Assembly (NCBI GenBank): GCA_965206845.1
Contig: OZ242221.1
Location: 1,440,001-1,504,000 of the forward strand
DNA length: 64,000 bases
Source of the DNA: Cenarchaeum sp.
Lineage (GTDB): Archaea; Thermoproteota; Nitrososphaeria; Nitrososphaerales; Nitrosopumilaceae
Direction: 5' to 3'
Shown piece by piece: positions 29,694-40,149 of this stretch. The position numbers were made by a program, and so were the translations under genes. The notes below the pieces were generated by a model. The model saw only the letters and a program-made list of their open reading frames with translations. It did not search any database and was not told the DNA's origin. How positions within the stretch are numbered: the first letter of the stretch is position 1; each line of letters begins with the position of its first letter.

Positions 29694-31480
29694 TCACCCT
29701 TTCCGGTTCTTGTGTGATACGAGCCGTCGCTGCCAAAGTCGGCGTAAAAGTCCGCATCGTCCTTGATGTCAGGCGGAACCATGAACTCCTGCAGGAGTGA
29801 CCTGATGTCGCCTACGGATCCAACTTCGGAGTCCTCGTTTCCGCTGACTATCCGGTGTATCCACGACTTGAGGCTGTCGCCTGGCTTTTTGTTCTGCCGA
29901 AAGACGTCGATTACCTTCAGTATGGACGGGATTACCCGCTTTGCGGGGACTCTTGCGCAGTGGACGCCCAGCATCGTGTTCCCGTCGGAGCGGCCTCCCA
30001 GGGACATCTGGTACACCGGGTACATGTTCCTGCCAACCCTGCCACCGCCACCATGGAATCCTATTGTGGCTATCTCGTGCTGTCCGCAGGAGTTGGGGCA
30101 TCCGCTGATCTTTATGGTCGAGTCCCGGAGGTCATCGTCCCGATCCAGTCCGAGTTCCAGAAACTTTCTCTGAATCTCCTTTGCCAGCCTGTGGGAGTTT
30201 GTCAGCGCCAGGTTGCATGATGTGGTGCCAGAGCAGCCCACAGGCGTCGCCATGGTAAGGCCGCCGGACTTTGCAAGGCTGAACTCCCGCAGCCTAGAGT
30301 ACACCGCCGCGAGATCGTCCTCGCGGATGTAGCGCACTACAATGTCCTGGCTGAAGCCGGCTCTGGCGGATCCCTCGGCGGAGTAGTCGCGGCAGACGCC
30401 TGCCAGCGTCCGCAGCTGGTTTGCCGTAATGTCACCCGCCTCCAGCGTAATGAATGCGGTGCGGAACCCATCCTGCTTCTGTTTGGTGGTGTTGGACTTG
30501 AGCCACCTTGCGAACCCTGCCGGCTCTGCCGTACTCTCGCCGGAGACCCGGACGGGGTTTGTCACCAGCGCCGGCTCCTCCGTCTGGAGGGTGGCAATGA
30601 GTGACTGCGTGGCCCTCACTATGGCCCGTTCCTTTAGTACCAGGTTCTGGAACCTGTCCCATCCCATCTCGTGAACCAGGTACCGCATCCTGTTTCGGGC
30701 CATGTTTTTCCTCTCTCCCAGCCGGTCAAAGATTCGAAGCACGGCCACCGACGTGTACAGCAGGTCCTCCTCCGGGGTAAACTCCTCTAGCAGGTGCCCC
30801 ACAAACGACTTGTTTCCTAGGCCGCCACCAAGAAATATCTTGAATCCCCGCTGCTCTCCTGCATCGGTGCTCCGGATCTGGGGAAGCAGTCCCACGTCCA
30901 CCATCCGGATCATGCCGTGCTCCTCGCAGCAGGTAAAGTTAAACTTGAACTTCCTTGGCAGGTTCTGGCACAGGGGGTTGCGCAGGAAGAACTTTGCGGC
31001 AGACACCGCGTATGGTGTGGCGTCAAAGGACTCTGCCGGGCATACGCCGGATACGGGGCTGCACATCACGTTTCTCACGGTGTTGCCGCATGCCTCGCGG
31101 GACGTCAGCCCGACCTCTGCCAGCTCCCTGATTATCTCCGATACGTCCTCCAGGATCACCCAGTGCAGCTGGACGTTCTCCCGGGTCGAGACGTGTGCGC
31201 TCCCGATCGAGTACGTCTCGCTGAGTCTGGCCAGCCGCTCCAGCTGCGCGGGGTGAACCTCACCGGCGGGCAGCTTTACCCTGACCATGGCATAGTCGCT
31301 GGTCATTCTCGTGCCGTAGGCGCCGTGTTGTAGGCGGTACCTGCGGAAGCTGTCCGCGTCGTACTTTCCTTGGCGGAAGAGCCTGACCGTTCTTGCAAAG
31401 TCCTCTGCCTCCTTCAGGCTACCCCACATGTTCCGTACAGGTGGATCACGATGCAGATGCTGCAAATCAGAGACTGTCAA
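29681..31480 (-). CDS. Ferredoxin-dependent nitrite/sulfite reductase (sirohaem)
   Basis: NLPRKFK, CSGTTSCNL, ISGCPNSCG motifs; probable TTG start 31480. Confidence 0.92.
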   Translation of the reverse strand: MTVSDLQHLHRDPPVRNMWGSLKEAEDFARTVRLFRQGKYDADSFRRYRLQHGAYGTRMTSDYAMVRVKLPAGEVHPAQLERLARLSETYSIGSAHVSTRENVQLHWVILEDVSEIIRELAEVGLTSREACGNTVRNVMCSPVSGVCPAESFDATPYAVSAAKFFLRNPLCQNLPRKFKFNFTCCEEHGMIRMVDVGLLPQIRSTDAGEQRGFKIFLGGGLGNKSFVGHLLEEFTPEEDLLYTSVAVLRIFDRLGERKNMARNRMRYLVHEMGWDRFQNLVLKERAIVRATQSLIATLQTEEPALVTNPVRVSGESTAEPAGFARWLKSNTTKQKQDGFRTAFITLEAGDITANQLRTLAGVCRDYSAEGSARAGFSQDIVVRYIREDDLAAVYSRLREFSLAKSGGLTMATPVGCSGTTSCNLALTNSHRLAKEIQRKFLELGLDRDDDLRDSTIKISGCPNSCGQHEIATIGFHGGGGRVGRNMYPVYQMSLGGRSDGNTMLGVHCARVPAKRVIPSILKVIDVFRQNKKPGDSLKSWIHRIVSGNEDSEVGSVGDIRSLLQEFMVPPDIKDDADFYADFGSDGSYHTRTGKGECAA

Positions 31481-31924
31481 CTTGTATATTCCTTCTCGCG
31501 CAGATATAAATTTTTGATCCGCGTTGCGGCATGCGGTCAGCAGACTAGGCCGCCTCCGCCAGGTTAAGCGCAAAGCTGGTATGGGATGTGGGGGACTGGG
31601 CAGACCTGTGCCAAGTTTCCGCATTCTGCCGTATCTGCTATTGTCGCGCCTAGATCTTCACATAGAAACATTCGCGCCTGCATGGCCTGTTGCCGGTTTT
31701 GTCCCGTGCCGGTGCATGCTTTCATGCCATCCCTGGGCGCGTCCGGGCAGGCGCTTCGCCGGGCACCCTCAAACGGCCCTGCCTGTTCTGCACCGGCAGC
31801 CTGGCTACGGGGGGGGGGGCGGAACCGGCTGTACCAGATAGCAACACATGCAGGGCGAATAGTGGACTCCCGCGGTACGCCTCTTCTAGCGACTCCCAGA
31901 ACAGCCTGATTGCAGCAGTGGCAA

Positions 31925-32626
31925 TCAGCGCAGAGAGGATAATCTGAAGATGCCTGCCCCCAGCCTCTGGGACAGCCTGACTCCCAGCAGTCCGCCGCTA
32001 AATCCTCCGACCAGTAGATATGTGGCCTGGTAAAGATCAGGATGCCCGAGCAGTCCGTGCACCGCAAGGCCGACAAATGCTATGACCAGCAGGGCAGGCT
32101 GGGAGCTGATCGCGACCTCCTTCATCTTCATTCCCATGGCGAGTATCATGAACGGCACGATGACGACGCCTCCCCCGATTCCAAAAAAGCTGGATACGAT
32201 TCCAGCGGAAATGCTGGCCATCGTCATCATGACTGGCATGAGCCGTGTGGATCTGCTGGCTCCCCCCTTTCATCTTGCCCCTGAACAGCATGTACGCGCT
32301 CACCGCAAGTATGCTGCCAAGCAGAATCTTGAAAAGGTCCGACTCGGCATGCTGCGCCAGAAGCGCTCCAAGCGCCGTGCCTGGAATCGACACGAGTCCT
32401 AGCTTTAATCCCAGCGAGTACTTGATCCTCCGCTTCAGTGCGTGGGTGACCGTGGCTCCGCTGAGGTTGCCGAATGTGCCAAAGAGGCTGTTGCTTGCAA
32501 CCAGTGAGGGGGAAGTCCCAGAAACGTCAGGACGGGGGCTATCATGACTCCTCCACCAAAGCCCACCATGGATCCTGCGGCGCCTGCGCCAAACCCCAGC
32601 AGGATCAGCCACAGATCCTTAAACAC
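31925..32626 (-). pseudogene. TauE/SafE-family sulfite exporter, frameshifted
   Basis: Two GxGGG..P repeats spread over three frames; shifts at homopolymers near 32510 and 32265. Confidence 0.8.
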
Positions 32627-32717
32627 GCGATTGGCTGTAACTGTCGCTATGTTTGCAGTTCGATCTTAGCCTTCCCTGTTGATTACGTTTTTTAATGGAT
32701 GCCCGATCACCACATCT

Positions 32718-34352
32718 ATGCAGTCTGTCGTTCTGACCGAGCTGGGAGTCATAGTCCTGCAGGATCAAAAGTGCATCAAGAGCTTTCCCTTTGACAGTCC
32801 GGCTGCTGACTATGTCAGGGCAAAGGACGGGGACGGCCCTGACGGGTTGGCCGGGTACATCGGGTCGTCTGGAGAGGACTTTAAGACTGACCGCGTTTCC
32901 ATGTGCGACGCCCTGAAGAAGATATCCAATAACATACAGATGATGAGCGAGGCCGAGATCGAGGATATCCAGTCGTCAAAGCTTCAGATGCTGGTCGATG
33001 CCGGTTTTGCACAGAATCCCGGCGATGCCATGGACAGGCTGAGGGACTTTGCAGTGCAGCTGTCGTCCCTGAAGATCGCGCAGACATCAGAGAGCGCGGA
33101 TCTGCATATAATCCAGGCAATCGGGGCGCTAGACGAGATAGACCGGGACATCAACATCAAGGGCGCCAGAGTGAGGGAGTGGTACGGGCTACACTTTCCA
33201 GAGCTGGAGAACACGGTAGACAGCATCAGCGGATACGCGCGCATAGCTGCGGCCGGGGGCAGAGGGGATCTCACTGCAGAGATCATAGAGGATGCAGGAT
33301 TTCCCCCGGAGAAGGTCGAGATGCTCTCGGTGGTATCTGAGAACAGCAGGGGCGGCGACATATCAGATGAGAACCTGGCAATCGTGCAGGCGCTGGCATG
33401 CCAGGTCTTGGAGCTCTACAGGCTCCGAGCAAAGATCGAGGAGCGCGTCGAGTCTGCCATGGAGGAGATGGCTCCTAACGTTACCGCAGTGCTAGGCGCG
33501 GCAGTCGGGGCAAGAATACTTGCCAGGGCGGGCAGCCTGAAGAGGCTGGCCATGATGCCGTCAAGCACAATTCAGATACTGGGGGCAGAGAAGGCCCTCT
33601 TCAGATCAATGAAGTCAGGCTCGCAGCCGCCAAAGCACGGGTTACTGTTCCAGCATCACATGGTGCATGCGGCTCCACGGTGGCAGCGCGGAAAGATAGC
33701 CCGCACGGTTGCGGCAAAGGCCGCAATTGCGGCCAGAGTTGACCTGCACCAGGCAGGACTCAACGAGACCCTGCTGGAGAAGCTCAATGTAAGAATAAAG
33801 GAGATTGGTGAAAAGTTCGCAGAGCCTACGCCCAAGAAAAGTCCACCGCAGGACTCTGGCAGGCGCAGGGGGACTGACCGCGGAGACAAGGGAACATACC
33901 GTGGACGCAGGGATGCTGACCGCGGAGGCAGATATTCCGACCACGGGAGTAGGGGTACTAGCCGGGGAGGTAGGTACGCTGACCGCGGGAGCGGCGGTGC
34001 CGACCGCGGAAGCAGGTATGCCGACCGCAGCAGTAGGGGTGCCGACAGCGGAAGCAAGTACGCTGACCGCGGGAGCGGCGGTGCCGACCGCGGAAGCAGG
34101 TATGCCGACCGCGGCAGTAGGGGTGCCGACAGCGGAAGCAAGTACGCTGACCGCGGGAGCGGCGGTGCCGACCGCGGAAGCAGGTATGCCGACCGCGGCA
34201 GTAGGGGTGCCGACAGCGGAGGCAGGGATGCCGATCGCGGGCAGCGGTATGATTCCAGATCGCAGTACAGCCCCAGGCAGGACAGACCGGACGGCCCTGG
34301 CAAGAGGCGTGGGAACGGAAAGAAGCCCAGAAAGAGGTTTGACAAGCGGTAG
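32718..34352 (+). CDS. nop5: Box C/D sRNP protein Nop5 (Nop56/58) with RG-rich repeat tail
   Basis: REWYGLHFPEL, IQILGAEKALF, PKHGLLFQH; upstream of fibrillarin. Confidence 0.93.
   Translation: MQSVVLTELGVIVLQDQKCIKSFPFDSPAADYVRAKDGDGPDGLAGYIGSSGEDFKTDRVSMCDALKKISNNIQMMSEAEIEDIQSSKLQMLVDAGFAQNPGDAMDRLRDFAVQLSSLKIAQTSESADLHIIQAIGALDEIDRDINIKGARVREWYGLHFPELENTVDSISGYARIAAAGGRGDLTAEIIEDAGFPPEKVEMLSVVSENSRGGDISDENLAIVQALACQVLELYRLRAKIEERVESAMEEMAPNVTAVLGAAVGARILARAGSLKRLAMMPSSTIQILGAEKALFRSMKSGSQPPKHGLLFQHHMVHAAPRWQRGKIARTVAAKAAIAARVDLHQAGLNETLLEKLNVRIKEIGEKFAEPTPKKSPPQDSGRRRGTDRGDKGTYRGRRDADRGGRYSDHGSRGTSRGGRYADRGSGGADRGSRYADRSSRGADSGSKYADRGSGGADRGSRYADRGSRGADSGSKYADRGSGGADRGSRYADRGSRGADSGGRDADRGQRYDSRSQYSPRQDRPDGPGKRRGNGKKPRKRFDKR
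33912..34245 (+). repeat. 21-bp (7-aa) tandem repeats organised in 84-bp higher-order units
   Basis: ADRGSGG/ADRGSRY/ADRGSRG/ADSGSKY block repeated about three times plus degenerate flanks. Confidence 0.9.
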
Positions 34353-35007
34353 CGAGGTTCTCCGGATTAGGTTCCAGGGATCCATGAGACTTGTCACTGA
34401 GAACCTGGTGCCCGGAAACCGGGTGTACAACGAGAAGCTGATCCTCCAGAAGGGCATCGAGTACAGAACTTGGGAGCCACACAGGAGCAAGCTTGCAGCG
34501 TCGCTCATGAACGGGCTGGAGGAGTTTCCATTCGTGGACGGAACTAGGGTTCTGTATCTGGGCGCGTCCACGGGAACAACGGTAAGCCACATCTCTGATA
34601 TTGTCGGGCCTCGGGGCACGGTTTTTGCGGTGGAGCATGCCAGCAGGGTGGCCCGGGAACTGCTGGACAGGGTGGCCTCGCACCGGCGCAACGTGGTTCC
34701 CATAGTCCAAGACGCGCGGCATCCGCGGGAGTACTCGGGCATGTTCGGGGATGCCGATGTCGTGTACTCTGACATTGCGCAGCCGAACCAGACGGAGATC
34801 GCCCTGGCAAACTGTGACGCATACCTCAAGCGCGGCGGCATGCTCCTGCTGGTAATCAAGAGCAGAAGCATAGACTCGATCGCTTCGTCTGAGAGTGTTG
34901 TAAGGCGAGAGACGGCAAAGCTGCATGAGGGGTTTGAGGTGCTGCAGACCATCGATCTGGAGCCCTACGACAGACACCACGCCATGATCACAGCAAGGCG
35001 CCTCTAG
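34339..35007 (+). CDS. flpA: Fibrillarin-like rRNA/tRNA 2'-O-methyltransferase
   Basis: RSKLAA, VLYLGASTGTTVSH, DIAQPNQ, LEPYDRHH; start uncertain (TTG 34339 or ATG 34384). Confidence 0.93.
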   Translation: MTSGSEVLRIRFQGSMRLVTENLVPGNRVYNEKLILQKGIEYRTWEPHRSKLAASLMNGLEEFPFVDGTRVLYLGASTGTTVSHISDIVGPRGTVFAVEHASRVARELLDRVASHRRNVVPIVQDARHPREYSGMFGDADVVYSDIAQPNQTEIALANCDAYLKRGGMLLLVIKSRSIDSIASSESVVRRETAKLHEGFEVLQTIDLEPYDRHHAMITARRL

Positions 35008-35621
35008 AAACCCATGAGGCGCTTGACCGGCTTCCAGCTTGCCCTGACAAACCCGGGAACCTCGTTGTTCTTGGCTATGTATTCCCGCACAAACCTGACG
35101 GTCTTTGCATCTGACGGGTAGCCGCTTCCCAGGTCGTGTCTCCTTCGCAGCCTGGCAATGGATCTGTCACGGGCAACCTTGGCTAGGATCGACGCGGCAG
35201 ACACCACGACAAAACGACTGTCGGCGCGGTGGTACGAGTGCACCATGCTGTTGCGCGACAGGCGCGACACCTCGTTGCCGAACCGCTCTGTGTTGACATC
35301 GCATGAGTCCACGTAGGACGGGTTGGGTCCCAGCCTTGCTATTACCATGGCCATGTATTTTGCCTCCAGGTGGTTCAGCTGGTGCTTTGAGACGCTCCGG
35401 TCTATGGTGCTGGGCCGGATCCTTGCAATGCAGTAGTCCTCGGCCGACTCGATGATCTTCGGGTACAGCTCCTCGCGTCTCTTGGGACTGAGCCTTTTGG
35501 AGTCCCTTACGCCAAGATCCGACAGTGTGTGCAGCATGGAGCGCCTGATCGAGACGCCGGCGATGACCAGCGGCCCCAGCATTGAGCCCCTGCCTGCATC
35601 ATCCACTCCTGAGACTATCAC
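35004..35621 (-). CDS. rnhB: Ribonuclease HII
   Basis: GVDDAGRG, DSKRL, SAASILAKV, GSGYPSD. Confidence 0.95.
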   Translation of the reverse strand: MIVSGVDDAGRGSMLGPLVIAGVSIRRSMLHTLSDLGVRDSKRLSPKRREELYPKIIESAEDYCIARIRPSTIDRSVSKHQLNHLEAKYMAMVIARLGPNPSYVDSCDVNTERFGNEVSRLSRNSMVHSYHRADSRFVVVSAASILAKVARDRSIARLRRRHDLGSGYPSDAKTVRFVREYIAKNNEVPGFVRASWKPVKRLMGF

Positions 35622-35687
35622 ACAGCGACTCTGCGTGATACGATATTAAACAGTTTTTTCGCCGCATGCCTGGAACCGACGCGCCGT

Positions 35688-38174
35688 CTACTGTCCCATC
35701 CTGTCGAATAGTCCGCTCAGGCCGGCCTGTGCGTCTACGTTTTTGGGGTCGATCCTAAGCGCGCTCCTAAAGCACACAGCGGCGTCCGCGTACTTTTTCA
35801 TCCCGTCAAGGGACATGCCCTTGCCCGCATACGCATGCGCGTACCCGGGTTCAATCTCGATTGTGTACTCAAAGCACACCATGGCTGCCCTGTGCCTTCC
35901 CAGACCGAGAAGGGACATGCCCTTGCCGCAGCGCGCATCAGGGTCCATGCTGTTGGCAGCAAGTGCACGATCAAAGCACTTCATCGCATCCTTGTACCTT
36001 CCCTCGGCGTTGAGGGTTCTGCCATTGAGGACATGCTCACTCATGTTCCTGCCAGCAGTCGCCTGCTTCTGGCCATATCTCCACGCATCCTCGTTCCTGC
36101 CTATGTGTGAGGCAACGTGCTTTCTGCGCTCGAGCAGATCATCGTTTCCTGGATCCAGCTCAAGCGCCGCATCAAGGCTTGCCAGCGCATCCCCGTACCT
36201 GCCCATCTCGTGAAGCAACTCGCCCCTTACGCTGTGTGCATGGGTGTTTTCAGGATCCAGCTCAAGCGCCGCATCAAGGCTTGCCAGCGCATCCCCGTAC
36301 CTGCCCGTCTCGTGAAGCAACTCGCCCCTTACGCTGTGTGCATGGGTGTTTTCAGGATCCAGCTCAAGCGCCGCATCAAGGCTTGCCAGCGCATCCCCGT
36401 ATCTGCGCATATCCGCGAGGGACGTCCCCCGGTGCATGTGTGCTATCGGGTGCTTGGGATCCAGCGCAAGCGCCGCATCAAAGCTTGCCAGCGCATCCCC
36501 GTGTCTGCGTATGCTCTCGAGGCACAACCCCCGACATATGTGCATATCTGCATCATTCGAATTCGCCTCAAGCGCCGCATCAAAGCTTGCCAGCGCATCC
36601 CTGTACCTGCCCATCTCGTAGAGCACCATGCCCCTTTCCTTGCGCGCTCGGACGCTTTTGGGATCCAGCGCAAGCGCCGCATCAAGGCTTGCCAGCGCGT
36701 CCTCGTACATTTTCATGCCAAAGAGGCACTCACCGCGATTGCTGTGCATGACTTCATTATCGGGATCCAGCTCAAGCGCCGCATCAAAGCTTGCCAGCGC
36801 ATCCTCGTACATTTTCATGCCAAAGAGGCACTCACCGCGATTGCTGTGCATGACTTCATTATCGGGATCCAGCTCAAGCGCCGCATCAAAGCTTGCCAGC
36901 GCATCCTCGTACCTGCCCATCTCGCTGAGCACTACGCCCCTTTCGTTGTGTATGTGTGGGTGCTTGGGATCCAGCTCAAGCGCCGCATCAAGGCTTGCCA
37001 GCGCGTCCTCGTACATTTTCATGCCAAAGAGGCACTCACCGCGATTGCTGTGCATGACTTCATTATCGGGATCCAGCTCAAGCGCCGCATCAAAGCTTGC
37101 CAGCGCATCCTCGTACCTGCCCATCTTGCTGAGCGCTATGCCCCTTTCGTTGTGTATGTGTGGGTGCTTGGGATCCAGCTCAAGCGCCGCATCAAAGCTT
37201 GCCAGCGCATCCCCGTGCCTGCCCATCTCGCGGAGCGTTATGCCCCTTTCGCCGTGTATATAGGAATACTCGGGATCCAGCTCAAGCGCCGCATCAAAGC
37301 TTGCCAGCGCATCCCCATGCCTGCCCATCTCGTGCAGCACCTCGCCTTTTTCGCCGTGTATATAGGAATACTCGGGATCCAGCTCAAGCGCCGCATCAAA
37401 GCTTGCCAGCGCATCCCCGTACCTGCCCATCTCGTGCAGCACCTCGCCTTTTTCGCCGTGCACGTGGGCGTATTCGGGATCCAGCTCAAGCGCCGCATCA
37501 AAGCTTGCCAGCGCATCCCCATGCCTGCCCATCTCGTGCAGCACCTCTCCCTTTTCCTTGAGCACATGGGCATTTTCGGGCTCCAGCTCAAGCGCCGCAT
37601 CAAAGCTTGCCAGCGCATCCCCATGCCTGCCCATCTCGTGCAGCACCTCTCCCTTTTCCTTGAGCACATGGGCATTTTCGGGCTCCAGCTCAAGCGCCGC
37701 ATCAAAGCTTGCCAGCGCATCCCCATGCCTGCCCATCTCGTGCAGCACCTCTCCCTTTTCCTTGAGCACATGGGCATTTTCGGGCTCCAGCTCAAGCGCC
37801 GCATCAAAGCTTGCCAGCGCTCCCTTGTTTCTTCCCATCCGACTAAGAGCCACGGCTCTACAGTAGTGCGCGTCTACATGCTTCGGATCCAGCGCAAGCG
37901 CCGCATCAAAGCTTGCCAGCGCCTTACCGTGCCTTTCTAGGCCAAGGAATGACCGGCCAAGAAGGTTGTGGACGTCTGCCTGCCCTGGATCGATTGCAAT
38001 CATTTCGTTGAACATTTTTGCCGCATCCTTGTACCTTTCTAGGTTGAGAAAGGCCACGCCGGCTGCACGGCGTGCCCACAGGCCACTGGGATCTACCTCG
38101 TGACTCAATCCACACCAGTCCTGCCGTGTATCCTTTGATGCGCCATTGCATGCCTTCTGGCATGTGGGATCCAT
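35688..38174 (-). CDS. Long TPR-repeat protein (828 aa)
   Basis: 34-aa repeats with ALASFDAALELDP. Confidence 0.9.
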   Translation of the reverse strand: MDPTCQKACNGASKDTRQDWCGLSHEVDPSGLWARRAAGVAFLNLERYKDAAKMFNEMIAIDPGQADVHNLLGRSFLGLERHGKALASFDAALALDPKHVDAHYCRAVALSRMGRNKGALASFDAALELEPENAHVLKEKGEVLHEMGRHGDALASFDAALELEPENAHVLKEKGEVLHEMGRHGDALASFDAALELEPENAHVLKEKGEVLHEMGRHGDALASFDAALELDPEYAHVHGEKGEVLHEMGRYGDALASFDAALELDPEYSYIHGEKGEVLHEMGRHGDALASFDAALELDPEYSYIHGERGITLREMGRHGDALASFDAALELDPKHPHIHNERGIALSKMGRYEDALASFDAALELDPDNEVMHSNRGECLFGMKMYEDALASLDAALELDPKHPHIHNERGVVLSEMGRYEDALASFDAALELDPDNEVMHSNRGECLFGMKMYEDALASFDAALELDPDNEVMHSNRGECLFGMKMYEDALASLDAALALDPKSVRARKERGMVLYEMGRYRDALASFDAALEANSNDADMHICRGLCLESIRRHGDALASFDAALALDPKHPIAHMHRGTSLADMRRYGDALASLDAALELDPENTHAHSVRGELLHETGRYGDALASLDAALELDPENTHAHSVRGELLHEMGRYGDALASLDAALELDPGNDDLLERRKHVASHIGRNEDAWRYGQKQATAGRNMSEHVLNGRTLNAEGRYKDAMKCFDRALAANSMDPDARCGKGMSLLGLGRHRAAMVCFEYTIEIEPGYAHAYAGKGMSLDGMKKYADAAVCFRSALRIDPKNVDAQAGLSGLFDRMGQ
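36140..37940 (-). repeat. 18 tandem 102-bp TPR-coding units
   Basis: CAAGCGCCGCATCAAxGCTTGCCAGCGC recurs every 102 bp. Confidence 0.95.
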
Positions 38175-38419
38175 TCGCGCAGGATTCCTGTGGGATGCAT
38201 AGTCCCTAGACGGTCTTGCATGTGCGCAAGAGTTGCATGTCGGCGGTTAAATTTTTAGCGGTGGTGCGCAGGTGCGTTTGCCTTCGGGAGCTGTGCCAGT
38301 AGCTCCTTCCACATAAACGTGACAGGGGGCAGGGATGCACCTCTCGCGTCTGGTGTCGTGGCCGGATCGGGCGCGATATCAGGATAGCAATATAGGTGCA
38401 GTTGAGCCCCGTGATGTGA

Positions 38420-39559
38420 TTGCGGCGGTTTGGTACTGATGTGGAGGTGCTCACGGAGGGCGCCACGAAGATTCTGGTTCCGTCGGCCTCCCTGAGCCAG
38501 GCGGTGCCCCCACGGCGGCCTGCATTCTTCAACCCCAGGGCGAGGCTGAACCGGGACTTTGCCGTCATCGCCTACTCTGCATTTCTGAGCGGCTTTGAGG
38601 GGTCAGGGGTGTTTCTTGACGGCCTTGCGGGTTTGGGAGCAAGGGGACTGCGGGTTGCAAAGGAGGTACCATCGATCAAAAGGGTGGTGGCAAACGACGC
38701 AAATCCGGATGCCCTGAAGCTGGCGCAAGAGTCTGCCGGAATGAACGGGCTGGACAACTTTGAGGTGTCCGAGGACGAGGCCTGCAGATTCCTCTCCGAC
38801 TTTTCAAGAAGGGGAGACAGGGGCGCCATCGTGGACATAGATCCATTTGGCTCCCCTGCTGGGTTCATCGACTGCGGCATCAGGGCCACTACGCACGGCG
38901 GCGTCCTCTCTGTTACCGCCACCGACCTGCAGGTTCTCGGCGGACTCTTCCAAGACACATGCAGAAGAAGGTACGGCGGCAGCACGATCAAGACAGTGTA
39001 CTCTGACGAGCTGGCATTGAGGCTGGTGCTGGGATGCATCAGGGCCATCGCGGGCAGGCTTGACATAGAGGTTCAGCCGCTCTTCGTGCACTCGGATCAG
39101 CACTACTACCGGGCCTATGTGAGGGTGCTGAGCCGCCGGGATGTGACCGGGAACCTCGGATGCATCTTTCACTGCTGCTGCGGCAACAGGGGGGTGTCGG
39201 GGCCAGATGCGCAGGCCTGCCCCCGTTGCGGCTCGACAGTCGCGCTGGCCGGACCGCTGTGGCTGGGGCGCCTCTTTGAGAGGGGGTTTGTAGAGGGGAT
39301 GCTCCTGGAGGCAGGCAGGCATGCGGTAGACAGAAGGTGCACGGGCATACTTGAGAAGTGCATTCTGGAGTCGGAGATGCCGCCCACATACTATACCCTG
39401 GACGAGGTCGCCTCAAGAATGGGCAGATCCCCACCGAAGCTTCAGAGGGCCATGGAGCGGCTGAGGGAGAACGGCTTCAGATCAAGCCCCACTGCATTTG
39501 AGCCCACGGGATTCAGAACCGATGCGGGGATAGGCGACATCGAAGAGTCGTTTGGCTAG
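38420..39559 (+). CDS. trm1: tRNA (guanine-26-N2) dimethyltransferase
   Basis: FFNP..NRD, GARGLR, DIDPFGSP, TATD, GPLWLG, GFRTDA. Confidence 0.93.
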   Translation: MRRFGTDVEVLTEGATKILVPSASLSQAVPPRRPAFFNPRARLNRDFAVIAYSAFLSGFEGSGVFLDGLAGLGARGLRVAKEVPSIKRVVANDANPDALKLAQESAGMNGLDNFEVSEDEACRFLSDFSRRGDRGAIVDIDPFGSPAGFIDCGIRATTHGGVLSVTATDLQVLGGLFQDTCRRRYGGSTIKTVYSDELALRLVLGCIRAIAGRLDIEVQPLFVHSDQHYYRAYVRVLSRRDVTGNLGCIFHCCCGNRGVSGPDAQACPRCGSTVALAGPLWLGRLFERGFVEGMLLEAGRHAVDRRCTGILEKCILESEMPPTYYTLDEVASRMGRSPPKLQRAMERLRENGFRSSPTAFEPTGFRTDAGIGDIEESFG

Positions 39560-40149
39560 TGCCGGTACCCGAGGCAGACGTAGTACACCTCGCTGCTTGC
39601 CTTTCTGCTTGCAGGCGGTTTTGTGGTGTGGATTTTGATAAATCGCCTCTTGAGCCAATCCCGAAACTCGTTGGAGTACTCGCCGTCAAACACCTTAAAG
39701 ATGGCGTTGCCCTTGTAGGCCAGCACCTGCAGCATGATCTTGGCTGCGTCATGGTTTAGCGAGATCTGCCTGGCGTGATCCAGAGGCCAGTTCCCAATTA
39801 CCTGCGGCGAGAGATCGCATATCACGGCGTTTACCTTGCGCCCAAAATGTTCCATCACCTCCTCCGCGATGGATCCGTCGCAGATGTCGCCGCGGTGCAG
39901 GTGCGCGTTTTCTATATCGTCCACGTACGCTGTATCGATTCCCATGACCTTGCCCTTGTTTCCGGCCAGCTGCACTGCCACCTGCGTCCAGCCACCGGGA
40001 GCGCATCCCAGATCCAGCACGTAGAACCCCGGCCCGATGATCCTGTACGACTTGTGCAGCTCCTTCAGCTTGTATGCCGACCGGCTCCGGTATCCCTGCT
40101 GGCGCGCCATCTTCCGGTACTGGTCCCTTCTCGCATCTGCGGGTTTCAT
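39556..40149 (-). CDS. rlmE: 23S rRNA Um2552 methyltransferase (RlmE/FtsJ)
   Basis: YRSRSAYKL, DLGCAPGGW, KPPASRKASSEVY. Confidence 0.95.
   Translation of the reverse strand: MKPADARRDQYRKMARQQGYRSRSAYKLKELHKSYRIIGPGFYVLDLGCAPGGWTQVAVQLAGNKGKVMGIDTAYVDDIENAHLHRGDICDGSIAEEVMEHFGRKVNAVICDLSPQVIGNWPLDHARQISLNHDAAKIMLQVLAYKGNAIFKVFDGEYSNEFRDWLKRRFIKIHTTKPPASRKASSEVYYVCLGYRH

Noticed and set aside
31925-32626. Introns explaining the TauE frameshifts
   Set aside because: The shifts appear to be small indels in homopolymers, with no inserted hairpin or BHB motif.
33805-34338. Long N-terminal extension of fibrillarin, and antisense ORFs here
   Set aside because: Alternative frames of the Nop5 tail repeat that happen to lack stops.
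36117-37940. 607-aa antisense ORF over the TPR gene
   Set aside because: Shadow of a stop-free 102-bp repeat.
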